Shown here: piece after piece, positions 19,641 to 29,744 of the stretch
How positions within the stretch are numbered: the stretch's first letter is position 1
Layout of the letters: each line of letters starts with the position of its first letter
Assembly: GCA_964472655.1 (NCBI GenBank)
Contig: CAYYLQ010000013.1
Location: forward strand, 6,845-70,844
Source of the DNA: an uncultured Nitrospirales bacterium
GTDB taxonomy: Bacteria > Nitrospirota > Nitrospiria > Nitrospirales > NS-4
DNA length: 64,000 nt
Reading direction: 5' to 3'
Position numbers and translations under genes: made by a program
The notes under the pieces: model-generated
What the model saw: only the letters and a program-made list of their open reading frames with translations
What the model was told of the DNA's origin: nothing
The model's database searches: none

Positions 19641-20548
19641 GGAGAACGATCGGCATGAGCGAAATTCGGGCTGCGCTGACCGGGGTGAAGGGCGCAGTGC
19701 GGTTCCACGAACCGATGAAACGGCACACCTCCTTCCGGATCGGCGGCCCGGCGGATGCCTACATCGAGCCGGAGGACGAGGGCGCGTTGTGCCGTCTGAT
19801 GGCGCAGGCGCGCAAGGCGAAGGTGCCCGTGTTCGTAATGGGCGGAACGAACCTCCTCGTCCGCGACGGCGGCATCAGAGGGATCGTGGTGCGCCTCACC
19901 AAACTCGACCGGATCGAAGAGCATGAGGGCGGACGCCTCTACGTTGAAGGCGGGGTCGGCATGCCGCGCCTGCTCAAGCATGCCCTGCAGCGCAAGCTTG
20001 CGGGGCTCGAGTTCGCGGCCGGCATTCCCGGGACCCTGGCCGGGTCCGTCGTCATGAACGCCGGGACGCGGCTGGGAGAGATGCAGGACGTTGTGGAGCG
20101 GGTGCGCATGGTGACGCCGGCCGGAGGGATCCGGGAACTGTCCGCCGATGAGGTGGGGTTCGAGTACCGTCGGACCCGACTTCCCAGAGGCATTGTGGTG
20201 GGGGCCTGGCTGCGGCTCCGATGGGATGCCCGATCCCGCATGGACTCGGTGGTCAAGGATTCGTTGCGGCGGCGAAAGGCCACCCAGCCGCTCGCGTTGC
20301 CGAATGCCGGCTGCGTCTTCAAGAATCCGGGCGGCGATCCGGCCGGCCTGCTGATCGAAACGGCCGGCCTGAAGGGCGCGCAGGTGGGTGACGCGCAGGT
20401 GTCCACCCTGCATGCCAACTTCATCATCAACCGCGGCCGCGCCACCGCGCGCGACGTCCTGTCGCTGATCCGGAAGGTCGGCCAGGCCGTCGAACGGACA
20501 TCGGGGGTGACCTTGCAGCTCGAGGTCAGGATCGTGGGACAGGCGTGA
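19637..20548 (+). CDS. murB: UDP-N-acetylenolpyruvoylglucosamine reductase
   Basis: HTSFRIGGPA, GIPGT..MNAG, AGCVFKNP, HANFIIN. Confidence 0.94.
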   Translation: MRRTIGMSEIRAALTGVKGAVRFHEPMKRHTSFRIGGPADAYIEPEDEGALCRLMAQARKAKVPVFVMGGTNLLVRDGGIRGIVVRLTKLDRIEEHEGGRLYVEGGVGMPRLLKHALQRKLAGLEFAAGIPGTLAGSVVMNAGTRLGEMQDVVERVRMVTPAGGIRELSADEVGFEYRRTRLPRGIVVGAWLRLRWDARSRMDSVVKDSLRRRKATQPLALPNAGCVFKNPGGDPAGLLIETAGLKGAQVGDAQVSTLHANFIINRGRATARDVLSLIRKVGQAVERTSGVTLQLEVRIVGQA

Positions 20549-21495
20549 AACTCCTCACCGCCAAGCGCGTCGCGGTGCTGATGGGCGGACAGTCCGCCGA
20601 GCACGAAATCTCCATCCGGAGCGGCCGGGCGGTGTGGACCGCCCTGATCCGGAAGGGATACGACGCGATCCCGCTTGAAGTGGATTCCTCCGTCGTCGCG
20701 CGCCTGCGGGAAGTCCGGGGCCAGATCGCCTTCATCGCCCTGCACGGCCCGGGCGGGGAGGACGGCACGATCCAGGGCCTGCTGGAAGTGCTCCGTATTC
20801 CCTACACCGGCTCGGGCGTGCAGGCCTGCGCCGTGGCGATGGACAAGGCGATGACCAAGGTCCTGCTGGAGGAGAGCGGAATTCCGGTCCCGCGCGGGTT
20901 TGTGCGGGAGCAGCACGCGCGCCGGAAGCCCTTGCCCCACGGCTTCAAGTTTCCGCTCGTCGTCAAGCCGGTCAGCCAGGGCTCGACGTTCGGGATCACG
21001 ATCGTCCGCAAGCGCCGCGATCTGAATAAGGGTTTTGAAGCCGCGTTTGCCTACGGACCCACAGCTTTGATCGAGGAGTATATCGATGGTCGTGAGCTCA
21101 CCGTCGGGATTCTGAACGACAAGCCGCTGCCCGTGGTCGAGATCATCCCCCGGAGCGGGTTTTACGATTTCGCGGCCAAGTACACCCCCGGCGCCAGCGT
21201 CTACAAAACGCCGGCCCCCTTGCCGAGCCGGACGACGAAACTGCTCCACGCACTCGCCCTGCAGGCCCATCACCGCCTCGGATGCAAAGGGGCGACCCGC
21301 GTAGATTTCAGGCTGGATCGGAAAGGGCATCCCTTTCTCCTGGAAATCAATACGGTGCCGGGGATGACCGAGACGAGCCTGTTGCCCATGGCGGCGAAGG
21401 CCGCGCGCCTGTCTTACGAGGACATGGTCGAGGCGATTCTGGAATCGGCGCTCGAGCGCGAGACCGGTTGGGCGCCGCGGAGGAATCGCGGATGA
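20545..21495 (+). CDS. ddl: D-alanine--D-alanine ligase
   Basis: GGQSAEHEIS, LHGPGGEDG, YDFAAKY, EINTVPGMT. Confidence 0.95.
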   Translation: MKLLTAKRVAVLMGGQSAEHEISIRSGRAVWTALIRKGYDAIPLEVDSSVVARLREVRGQIAFIALHGPGGEDGTIQGLLEVLRIPYTGSGVQACAVAMDKAMTKVLLEESGIPVPRGFVREQHARRKPLPHGFKFPLVVKPVSQGSTFGITIVRKRRDLNKGFEAAFAYGPTALIEEYIDGRELTVGILNDKPLPVVEIIPRSGFYDFAAKYTPGASVYKTPAPLPSRTTKLLHALALQAHHRLGCKGATRVDFRLDRKGHPFLLEINTVPGMTETSLLPMAAKAARLSYEDMVEAILESALERETGWAPRRNRG

Positions 21496-22322
21496 TCAAA
21501 CGCGTTCGACCGAACCGCAAACGGAATCCGGGCGCGTGGTCCCATCATCCGGGGAACGGCCTGCTGTTGCACATCGTGCTCGGGCTCATGCTCCTCGCGG
21601 CGGTCGGAGCCGGAGGCTGGTACGGCTGGCGGCAGGCGGGCCCGGAAGTGCTGGCCTGGGCGGATCAATTCTTCGAGATCAAGGTGGTGGAGATCACGAG
21701 GACGGAGCGGATCTCGCGGGATGATGTGCTTGCGATGCTCGATCTGGAACCGGGCCGCGGCCTGTTGCTGATCGATCTGGTGCAGGCGCAGCGATCCCTG
21801 GAGACGCATCCGTGGATCAGACGCGCCGTGGTCCGGCGGGTGTTTCCCGATACCCTCGTGGTGGAACTGGACGAGCGCGAACCGGTCGCCGTGCTGAGGA
21901 CCGGGGCGGGCGGTCGTGAATTTCTGCTGGACCGCGACGGGACGCTCATCTCCGAGGGGGTGCCGGCGGCCGATGAAGGCCTGCCGATCCTGACGGGCGT
22001 GGATTACGCGGATGCGATTCTGGAGACCGGCGATACGGCGACGCGCGTCCGCTCGGGCATCGCGCTGGCCGGCCTGCTTGACCGGTCGGGTGTGGGGCGC
22101 ACGGAAGTGGATCTTCGCCGGCCCGGAGACATGGTGGCCTACTACTCCGGGCTCCGGCTGCGGTTCGGCGAGGGAGACTTCGGGGACAAGGTGGACCGGT
22201 ATCGTCAGGTGTCGGATCGCGTGATCGACCGCTGGGTCGCCCAAGCGAAGGCCGCGCCGGCGCGCCGGGTGGAGGTGGACCTCAGGTTCCAGGACAAGGT
22301 CATTGTGCGGGAAGGGAGGTGA
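21492..22322 (+). CDS. ftsQ: cell division protein FtsQ
   Basis: single TM, POTRA (PWIRRAVVRRVFPD), C-terminal VDLRF. Confidence 0.88.
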   Translation: MIKRVRPNRKRNPGAWSHHPGNGLLLHIVLGLMLLAAVGAGGWYGWRQAGPEVLAWADQFFEIKVVEITRTERISRDDVLAMLDLEPGRGLLLIDLVQAQRSLETHPWIRRAVVRRVFPDTLVVELDEREPVAVLRTGAGGREFLLDRDGTLISEGVPAADEGLPILTGVDYADAILETGDTATRVRSGIALAGLLDRSGVGRTEVDLRRPGDMVAYYSGLRLRFGEGDFGDKVDRYRQVSDRVIDRWVAQAKAAPARRVEVDLRFQDKVIVREGR

Positions 22323-22330
22323 GGCTGGGC

Positions 22331-23566
22331 GTGGCAAAACGAGACCACATCATCGTGGGATTGGACATCGGGACCACCAAGACGCGCGCGATCGTGACGG
22401 AAGTGCGCGGCACGGGTGAAGCCCATGTCATCGGCGTCGGGACCAGTCCCTCCCGGGGGCTCCGCAAGGGTATGGTCGTGAATATCGAGAGCACGGTCGA
22501 CTCGATCCGCCAGGCCGTGGAAGACGCCGAGGTGATGTCGGGCACGCAGATCAACTCGGTGTACGTCGGCATCGCCGGCAGCCACATCAAAGGCGTCAAT
22601 TCCGAAGCCGCGGTGGCCGTGAAAAGCGGCGAGGTTCTGCGGGGAGACATCTCGCGCGCGGTGAAAGCGGCACGGTCGTCCGCCCTCATCCAGCCCGACC
22701 ACCGGGTGCTGCACGCGCTCCCGCGCGGTTTCATCCTGGACGAGCAGGACGGGATCAAGGATCCGACGGGCATGTCGGGGTCTCACCTGCGCGTCAACGT
22801 GCACATCATCACGGGCGCCGTGACGGCGATCCAGAATCTCGTCAAGAGCGTCGAGAAAGCGGGGCTCGACGTGATCGGCGTCATCCTGCAGCCGCTGGCT
22901 TCCAGCGAGGCCGTGCTCACGGACGACGAGCGGGAGCTGGGCGTGGCGATGGTGGACATGGGCGGCGGCACGACGGACCTGGCGATCTTTGCCGAGGGCA
23001 GCGTGATGCACACGGCCGTGATTCCGGTGGGCGGCAACCACTTCACCAACGACATCGCGATCGGCCTCAAGACGCCGGTTCCCGATGCGGAACGGATCAA
23101 GACGAAGTTCGGGTGCGCGATGGCCTCTCTCGTCAAGGACGATGAGATGATCGACGTCCCCAGCATGGGCGGACGGCCTGCGCGCTCGCTCTCCCGGCGG
23201 GTGCTGGCCGACGTGGTCGAGCCGCGCGCGGAAGAGATGTTCGATCTGGTGGCGCGGGAGATCAAACGGGCGGGCTATGAAGGGATCGTGGCGGGTGGCG
23301 TGGTAATCACCGGCGGCACTTCGATGATGCAGGGCATGACGGATATGGCGGAACGCGTGCTGGACCTGCCAGCGCGGCAGGGCGTCCCCAGCGGGGTCGG
23401 CGGCCTGCACCAGCAGGTGGACAACCCCATGTACGCGACGGGCGTCGGCCTGATCCTTCACGCCCTGCACCATCAGGACGATCTGGCGATGAACGGGCGA
23501 CGGCACCGGCGCGGGCTGTGGCGGGCCGTCGAAGGGATGAAAGGGTGGTTCCGTGAATTCTTTTAA
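22331..23566 (+). CDS. ftsA: cell division protein FtsA
   Basis: [17 protein letters not shown]-terminal amphipathic WFREFF. Confidence 0.95.
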   Translation: MAKRDHIIVGLDIGTTKTRAIVTEVRGTGEAHVIGVGTSPSRGLRKGMVVNIESTVDSIRQAVEDAEVMSGTQINSVYVGIAGSHIKGVNSEAAVAVKSGEVLRGDISRAVKAARSSALIQPDHRVLHALPRGFILDEQDGIKDPTGMSGSHLRVNVHIITGAVTAIQNLVKSVEKAGLDVIGVILQPLASSEAVLTDDERELGVAMVDMGGGTTDLAIFAEGSVMHTAVIPVGGNHFTNDIAIGLKTPVPDAERIKTKFGCAMASLVKDDEMIDVPSMGGRPARSLSRRVLADVVEPRAEEMFDLVAREIKRAGYEGIVAGGVVITGGTSMMQGMTDMAERVLDLPARQGVPSGVGGLHQQVDNPMYATGVGLILHALHHQDDLAMNGRRHRRGLWRAVEGMKGWFREFF

Positions 23567-23588
23567 AATAGAAAAGGGGGGACAGCGC

Positions 23589-24773
23589 ATGTTCCAGCTT
23601 GAAGAGAAAGATACAATCGCGGGCGCGAAGATCAAGGTGATCGGCGTGGGCGGCGGCGGCGGGAACGCCGTCAATACGATGATCGCGGCCGGCTTGGAGG
23701 GTGTCGAGTTCATCGCGGTCAACACGGACATGCAGGCCCTGGGCATTTCGCGGGCGCCGACGAAGATCCACATCGGCAAGAACGGACTCGGCGCCGGCGC
23801 GGATCCCGAGGTCGGGCGCGACGCGGCGCTCCAGGACGCCGACAAGATCCGCGACGTGCTCCAGGGGGCCGACATGGTGTTCATCACGGCGGGCATGGGC
23901 GGCGGGACCGGGACCGGCGGTGCGCCAATCATCGCCAGCATCGCCCGTGAGCTCAACGCGCTCACGGTGGCGGTCGTCACCAAGCCCTTTCTGTTCGAAC
24001 TGGGCAAGCGGACGGCGCGGGCGGAAGAGGGCCTGCGGGAACTGCGGAAGCACGTGGACACCGTGATCGTGATTCCGAATCAACGCCTGCTGGGGATCGT
24101 GGATAAGACCACGCCGCTGAAGGAAGCGTTCAAAGTGGCCGACGACGTGCTCCGGCAGGCGATCAAAGGCATCGCCGACGTCATCACGACCCCGGGGCTC
24201 GTCAACGTGGATTTCGCGGACGTGCGCACGGTCATGGGCCACATGGGGCGCGCGGTGATGGGCATGGGCGTGGCGAACGGCGCCAACCGCGTCACCGAGG
24301 CCACGCAGCGGGCGATCTGCAGCCCGCTCCTCGAGGACGGCTCGATCGACGGCGCGCGCGGGGTACTGCTGAACATCACGGGCGGGCCGAGCCTGTCGCT
24401 CCATGAGCTGGACGAGGCCTCCTCGATCATCGCCCAGTCCGTGGACCCGGACGCCAACATCATCTTCGGCGCGGTGATCGACGAGCGGCTGGGCGAGGAA
24501 GTAGTCATCACCGTCATCGCCACAGGGTTCGAGCGCGATCAGTCGGCCGCCAAGCCGGCGCCCCGGCAGGCGTCGCTTCCGACGATCGCGTCCAAGGAAG
24601 CAGACGTGCGCGAGCTGCATCCTAAGCCGAAGCCGATGGACCGCCCGGCCTTCCTGCGGCGCGGCCCCGCGGCGCGCGATCTGGCGGAACGGTCTGACCG
24701 ATCGGACCGGCCGATGCTGGCATCGGAAGATGAATGGGACGTGCCAACGTTCTTGCGCCGGCAAGCTGACTAG
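23589..24773 (+). CDS. ftsZ: cell division protein FtsZ
   Basis: [23 protein letters not shown]-terminal DVPTFLR. Confidence 0.97.
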   Translation: MFQLEEKDTIAGAKIKVIGVGGGGGNAVNTMIAAGLEGVEFIAVNTDMQALGISRAPTKIHIGKNGLGAGADPEVGRDAALQDADKIRDVLQGADMVFITAGMGGGTGTGGAPIIASIARELNALTVAVVTKPFLFELGKRTARAEEGLRELRKHVDTVIVIPNQRLLGIVDKTTPLKEAFKVADDVLRQAIKGIADVITTPGLVNVDFADVRTVMGHMGRAVMGMGVANGANRVTEATQRAICSPLLEDGSIDGARGVLLNITGGPSLSLHELDEASSIIAQSVDPDANIIFGAVIDERLGEEVVITVIATGFERDQSAAKPAPRQASLPTIASKEADVRELHPKPKPMDRPAFLRRGPAARDLAERSDRSDRPMLASEDEWDVPTFLRRQAD

Positions 24774-24785
24774 GGGGAGAGAACC

Positions 24786-25523
24786 ATGCTCAGCACGCTC
24801 GATTCGATTATCACCGTGCCTCTCTTCGCCAAGGGGACCATCGGCGTCTGCCATTATTTCGGGACGAAGATCGCGCCCGGCCCGCCGGCGACCGCGATGG
24901 GCGGCCCGGCCGTCCGCGTGGTGACCGTCCGCCAGGTTCACGGAACCGACGTCCTGGTGCTCGACCGCAAAACGGCGGGATCGCGCGCCCTCGCCGGTGT
25001 GCCGGCCTCAGGGGGCCACGACGCCATCGTGACCAACCAACCGGGAGTCCTGGTCGCAATCGAGACGGCGGACTGCGTACCCATCCTGCTGCTGGACCCG
25101 TCCAAGGGCGTATACGCCGCCGTGCATGCCGGCTGGCGCGGCACGTTGGGGAGCATCGTGGAGAAAGCCGTGGCGGTGATGCAGAGCCGATTCGGGTGTC
25201 ACGTCCGGTCGATCCGGGCGGCCATTGGGCCCTCGATCGGGGTCTGCTGCTACGAAGTCAATGGAACCGTGCTGACGCCGTTGAAGCGGGGCTTTCCCTA
25301 TTGGGCGAATGTCGTGGAGAACGTGAAAGGGACGAAGGCCCATCTCGATCTGCGCGGCTTCAACCACCGTCAGTTGGAGGACGCGGGCATCAGCCCTGAC
25401 AGGATCGAAACGGTGAACCTCTGCACGGCCTGCCACCCGGACCTTTTTTACTCGTACCGCCGGGACGGTGCGAGGACGGGCCGCATGATGAGCGGCATCG
25501 GGCTGACCGCCGTCCTGTCCTGA
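24786..25523 (+). CDS. pgeF: peptidoglycan editing factor PgeF/YfiH
   Basis: QVHG, TADCVPI, HAGWRG, FYSYRR. Confidence 0.9.
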   Translation: MLSTLDSIITVPLFAKGTIGVCHYFGTKIAPGPPATAMGGPAVRVVTVRQVHGTDVLVLDRKTAGSRALAGVPASGGHDAIVTNQPGVLVAIETADCVPILLLDPSKGVYAAVHAGWRGTLGSIVEKAVAVMQSRFGCHVRSIRAAIGPSIGVCCYEVNGTVLTPLKRGFPYWANVVENVKGTKAHLDLRGFNHRQLEDAGISPDRIETVNLCTACHPDLFYSYRRDGARTGRMMSGIGLTAVLS

Positions 25524-25569
25524 CAAATCCGGTCCCCATTGCGTACAATGGAGCGATACGGGGTCGGGC

Positions 25570-26304
25570 ATGATAGACGCGGGGGAGAGGGGGAGACGAG
25601 CCGCCGGTGAACTCAAGGAACGGCTGGATGCGGTGCGGGCGCGGATCGAACGGGCCGCCCGTCGCGCCGGTCGGGATCCCGGCGCTGTCACACTCGTCGC
25701 TGCGTCGAAGACCGTTCCCGTCGAGCGCCTGGCGGAGGCGGTGGCCTGCGGGTGCCGGATATTCGGCGAGAACCGTGTCCAAGAGGCACTGGCCAAGATC
25801 GAGGCCATGAAGGAATATTCCGAAATCGAATGGCATCTCATTGGGCCGCTCCAGCCCAACAAGGTGAAGCATGCGGTCGGCCGGTTTGCGTTGCTCCATG
25901 CCGTGGATCGGCTGGATGTGGCCGAGCGCCTGAATCGCGCGGCGAGGGAGCGCGGGATTACCCAGCGTGCCCTGCTGGAGGTGAACGTGGCGGGCGAGCA
26001 GACGAAGCATGGATTCCGGCCCGACGACCTGAAAAGCGCGGCTGAGCGGATGGGGACGTTCGAAGGGCTTCGAGTCCTTGGATTGATGGCGGTCCCGCCG
26101 CCGACAGACAAGCCAGAAGACACGCGGCCCTATTTCCGGCGCCTGCGTGTTCTGGCGGAAGAGGTGGCGGCCCTAGGGCTACCGGGTGTCTCGATGCAGG
26201 AACTGTCCATGGGCATGTCGTCGGATTTTGAAGTGGCGATCGAAGAGGGGGCCACGCTGGTCCGGGTCGGGACGGCGCTGTTCGGGCCGCGTCCTGTACA
26301 CTAA
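25570..26304 (+). CDS. yggS: PLP homeostasis protein YggS
   Basis: AASKT, FGENRVQE, LSMGMSSD, VRVGTALFG. Confidence 0.93.
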   Translation: MIDAGERGRRAAGELKERLDAVRARIERAARRAGRDPGAVTLVAASKTVPVERLAEAVACGCRIFGENRVQEALAKIEAMKEYSEIEWHLIGPLQPNKVKHAVGRFALLHAVDRLDVAERLNRAARERGITQRALLEVNVAGEQTKHGFRPDDLKSAAERMGTFEGLRVLGLMAVPPPTDKPEDTRPYFRRLRVLAEEVAALGLPGVSMQELSMGMSSDFEVAIEEGATLVRVGTALFGPRPVH

Positions 26305-26312
26305 GGGAGAGC

Positions 26313-27119
26313 ATGCTCAAACTCGCGATTATCGGCGGCGGCAACATGGGGGAGGCCCTCGCGGCCGGCCTGTTGGCGGACGGCGTCGTGACGCCGTCCG
26401 GGCTCTGGGTCACGGATGTCGCGGCCGACCGGCTCGAGGCGTTGAGCCAGCGCTATGCCGTCAGGACCGGCGGCGACAACGGCGAGGCGGCGTCCTGGGC
26501 GGGTGTGGTCGTCCTGGCGGTCAAGCCCCAGGTAATGGATCGGGTCCTTGACGAGCTCAAGGATCGTCTCTCCAAGCAAACGCTGATCGTTTCGATCGCG
26601 GCCGGTATTCCATTGTCGCGGATCGCGGCGCGGCTGGGCGGGACACGCAAGCTGGTGCGCGTGATGCCCAACCAGCCCTGTCTCATCCGCGCCGGGGCGT
26701 CGGCCGTGGCCGTCGCGCCGTCCGTGTCCCCGGAGGAGCGGGCCCAGGCCGTGCGCTTGTTTGAAGCGCTGGGGAAAGTGGTCGTTGTTGAGGAGCGGTT
26801 GATGGACGCGGTCACCGGTCTCAGCGGCAGCGGCCCGGCTTATGTCTTCCAGGTGATCGAAGCGCTGGCGGACGGGGGCGTCAAGATGGGATTGCCGCGG
26901 GAGACCGCGTTGACGCTGGCGGCCCAGACCGTGTTCGGCGCGGCCAAGCAATTGATCGAGACGGGGGAGCACCCGGCGCGCCTGAAGGACAAGGTGGCCT
27001 CGCCCGGCGGGACGACCATCGCGGGTCTGCACGCGCTGGAAACGGGCGGCGTCCGGTCGGCGCTGATCGCGGCCGTCGAGGCGGCGACGAAACGGTCGGA
27101 AGAACTCGGCCTGGGCTGA
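26313..27119 (+). CDS. proC: pyrroline-5-carboxylate reductase
   Basis: GGGNMG, RVMPN, GLSGSGPAY, SPGGTT. Confidence 0.95.
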   Translation: MLKLAIIGGGNMGEALAAGLLADGVVTPSGLWVTDVAADRLEALSQRYAVRTGGDNGEAASWAGVVVLAVKPQVMDRVLDELKDRLSKQTLIVSIAAGIPLSRIAARLGGTRKLVRVMPNQPCLIRAGASAVAVAPSVSPEERAQAVRLFEALGKVVVVEERLMDAVTGLSGSGPAYVFQVIEALADGGVKMGLPRETALTLAAQTVFGAAKQLIETGEHPARLKDKVASPGGTTIAGLHALETGGVRSALIAAVEAATKRSEELGLG

Positions 27120-27430
27120 TGTTCGTCGCGGGTAATTTCCTGACGGCCCTGGCGATGGTCCTGCACATGCTCCTGCAGGCCTACATCTGGGTGGTGATCA
27201 TCCGGGCGCTGATCAGCTGGGTGAACCCGGATCCGTGGAATCCGATCGTCCAGATGCTGAACCGGCTGACCGATCCGCTGCTGGAGCCGATCCGGCGCCG
27301 GATGTTCCGGATGATGGGGTATGGAGGCATGGGCATCGATATTTCGCCGCTGATTCTGATCGCGGGAATCTATTTTCTGGATTTCTTTCTGGTGGAGACG
27401 TTAAATGACATCGGAAGGAGGCTCCGATAG
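27119..27430 (+). CDS. yggT: YggT/YlmG family membrane protein
   Basis: ISWVNPDPWNP, TDPLLEPIRR, IDISP. Confidence 0.9.
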   Translation: MFVAGNFLTALAMVLHMLLQAYIWVVIIRALISWVNPDPWNPIVQMLNRLTDPLLEPIRRRMFRMMGYGGMGIDISPLILIAGIYFLDFFLVETLNDIGRRLR

Positions 27431-27433
27431 GCC

Positions 27434-27934
27434 ATGAAAATCACGCCGCTGGACATTCAACAGAGGGAGTTCAAAGGGAGGTTCCGGGGGTACGACCGCG
27501 AAGAGGTCCAGGCCTTTCTGCGATCCGTCTCCCAGAGCGTCGAGGAGATGTTCAAGGAAAACGCCCTGCACAAGGAGCGGGCCGACAAGCTGTACCAGGA
27601 GGTCGTCGAACTGCGCAAGAAGGAGACGAGTCTCAACGAGCTGCTTGTGACCACGCAGACGATGGCGGAGTCTCTCAAGGAGACGGCGCGCAAGGAGGCC
27701 GATCTGATCCTGCGCGAAGCGGAGATGAAGGCCGAGGATCTTCTGAAGAGCGCCCACGTGGACTTCCGGACGCTCCAGCGGGACATTCTGGATCTGCGCA
27801 AGGAGCGGGTGCTGGCGCTGGAGAAGCTGCGGTCCATGCTGCAGTCTTTCTCCAAGGTGATCCAGATGGAGGAGATGGACGTGAACTCCCTGATGGGCGA
27901 AGGCTCCGTCAAAGATATCGCCGGTGGGCGGTAA
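27434..27934 (+). CDS. divIVA: DivIVA domain protein
   Basis: ITPLDIQQREF..FRGYDREEVQAFL plus coiled coil. Confidence 0.88.
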   Translation: MKITPLDIQQREFKGRFRGYDREEVQAFLRSVSQSVEEMFKENALHKERADKLYQEVVELRKKETSLNELLVTTQTMAESLKETARKEADLILREAEMKAEDLLKSAHVDFRTLQRDILDLRKERVLALEKLRSMLQSFSKVIQMEEMDVNSLMGEGSVKDIAGGR

Positions 27935-28217
27935 GGCGGCCGCCCGGCCGCAGGCCACCCTGTCCGTCCGCGTCCAGCCCCGGGCCTCCCGCAACGAGGT
28001 GGCGGGCCTGCTCGGTGCAACCCTCAAGCTCCGATTGACGGCGCCTCCGGTCGAGGGCGAAGCCAACGACGCCTGTCTCGCCTTTCTCGCCAAGCTCCTC
28101 GATGTTCCTCAGGCGCACATCGAAATTCTCAAAGGCGCCCGCTCCCGCACCAAACTCATCCGCATCACCGGTTTGACGCAAGTGGAAGTCAGCGCCCGAC
28201 TCGCGAAAAATGGCTGA
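27924..28217 (+). CDS. DUF167/YggU family protein
   Basis: VRVQPRASR, APPVEGEAN, GARSRTK. Confidence 0.88.
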   Translation: MGGKAAARPQATLSVRVQPRASRNEVAGLLGATLKLRLTAPPVEGEANDACLAFLAKLLDVPQAHIEILKGARSRTKLIRITGLTQVEVSARLAKNG

Positions 28218-29337
28218 TCCGATCGCTCAGAAGATGCAGGAGGGGGTGGACCAGGGGGTTTTCCCCGGCGGGGTGCTGCTGGTGGAGCACAAGGGGCAGA
28301 CAGTCCACCACGCGGCGTACGGGTCCGCGTGCTTGCTGCCGGAGCGTGAGCCGGCGACCGTGGACACGATCTATGATCTGGCCTCTCTGACCAAGCCGAT
28401 TACAACCGTGACGGCCGTTGCGTTTCTTGCGGCCACCGCCAGGCTCGGCCTGGACGATCCGCTGGAGCGGTTCGTCCCTGAGCTGACGCAGGATGACTTG
28501 CGGCGGGCGACGATCCGCCATCTCCTGACGCATACGTCGGGCCTTCCCGCATGGCGTCCGCTGTATGAGCTGATTGCACCGGACGGCAAGCGGTTGAGAG
28601 AGAAGCCGTTGTCGGTCAGACGGGCCGCCGTCTACGACGCCATTCATCGCGAGCCCTTGGTCGAGACCGTGGGCCGCCGCTGCCTCTACAGCGATCTGGG
28701 GTTCATCCTGCTCGGCGAGATCGTGGAGCGGATCGTGAAACAGGAGTGGGCGGCCTTCTGCCACGGCGTGGTGTTTCCCGGGCTCGGCGCACGGGGCCTG
28801 TTCTACATGAGCGAAGACGGTCCCACGGGCGCTGTGTCAGTTGCGGGACGGCGGATCGCCGCGACGGAACAGGACGACTGGCGCGGGCGGATGATCCGGG
28901 GCGAGGTCCATGACGAGAACACGGCGGTGATGGGCGGCGTGTCCGCTCACGCCGGCCTGTTCGGGACGGCCGACGCGGTGACGCGGGCCGTGCGGCCGTG
29001 GCTGGCGGCGGTGCGGGGCGAGGCGTCGCCGGTTCCCGCGTCGTGGGCGAAGGCATTCGTGCGGAAACAGACGATCGATCCCGACGGCAGTTGGGCGCTG
29101 GGCTGGGATACGCCTTCCACGGGACCGGGAAGTACGCCGTCATCGTCGGGATCGTACTTCTCGCCGGCCTCGTTCGGGCACCTCGGCTACGCGGGGACGT
29201 CGGTGTGGATCGACCCAGACCGCGAGCTCATCGTCGTGCTGCTGACGAACCGTGTGCACCCGACGCGCAAGAACGACCGGATACGGGCCTTCCGCCCGGC
29301 CATCCACGACGCGATCTTTCAGACGGTGGTGAAGTAG
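28210..29337 (+). CDS. beta-lactamase-family serine hydrolase
   Basis: DLASLTK, LLTHTSG, YSDLG, VHDEN, GHLGYAG; no signal peptide. Confidence 0.88.
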   Translation: MADPIAQKMQEGVDQGVFPGGVLLVEHKGQTVHHAAYGSACLLPEREPATVDTIYDLASLTKPITTVTAVAFLAATARLGLDDPLERFVPELTQDDLRRATIRHLLTHTSGLPAWRPLYELIAPDGKRLREKPLSVRRAAVYDAIHREPLVETVGRRCLYSDLGFILLGEIVERIVKQEWAAFCHGVVFPGLGARGLFYMSEDGPTGAVSVAGRRIAATEQDDWRGRMIRGEVHDENTAVMGGVSAHAGLFGTADAVTRAVRPWLAAVRGEASPVPASWAKAFVRKQTIDPDGSWALGWDTPSTGPGSTPSSSGSYFSPASFGHLGYAGTSVWIDPDRELIVVLLTNRVHPTRKNDRIRAFRPAIHDAIFQTVVK

Positions 29338-29350
29338 GAACGAAGGTGGC

Positions 29351-29382
29351 GTGGGAGGGGCATCTGCGGGGCCCCCTTCCAC
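29351..29382. terminator. GC-rich hairpin between convergent genes
   Basis: GTGGGAGGGG...CCCCTTCCAC imperfect inverted repeat; no U-tract. Confidence 0.35.
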
Positions 29383-29702
29383 TACGATGGGTCGGGATAG
29401 TTCACCCAGGCTTCTTTTTCCGCGTAGTACTTCTTGCCGCGAAAATTCAACCTCGTCCGCAGGCGCGAGAACCCCAATTTCTGGAGCTGGCCGGCCAGGT
29501 GCCGAAGGGTTTCGGCGATAGTCGGGAGGGACGGGGCCTCGGCCGATACGGATTCGTATTGGACCTTGGCCGTATAGCCGGTCGCGGTGCGTGTGATCGG
29601 GACGATGCGGCTGAAAGAGCGTCCCGGCGGGTCATTGCCCTCGATCTGGTGCTTCTCGATGACGGTGTTTTTCTGGAAGATCAGCGGCGACGAGGCAGCC
29701 AT
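29382..29702 (-). CDS. hypothetical protein
   Basis: globular composition; TATAAT 7 nt upstream of ATG. Confidence 0.7.
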   Translation of the reverse strand: MAASSPLIFQKNTVIEKHQIEGNDPPGRSFSRIVPITRTATGYTAKVQYESVSAEAPSLPTIAETLRHLAGQLQKLGFSRLRTRLNFRGKKYYAEKEAWVNYPDPS

Positions 29703-29744
29703 GGGGCGGATTATACTGGCCGCCGAGAGGGAAAGCAAACGCCG

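Noticed and set aside
22205-24941. Long antisense ORFs (618 aa, 544 aa), and similar ones opposite murE, murF, pepM and others
   Set aside because: Shadow ORFs expected from high-GC codon bias; they lie opposite well-supported genes and have no motifs
28210-29337. Antibiotic-resistance beta-lactamase
   Set aside because: No signal peptide; YSD and HLG motifs are of the esterase/amidase type rather than AmpC YxN/KTG
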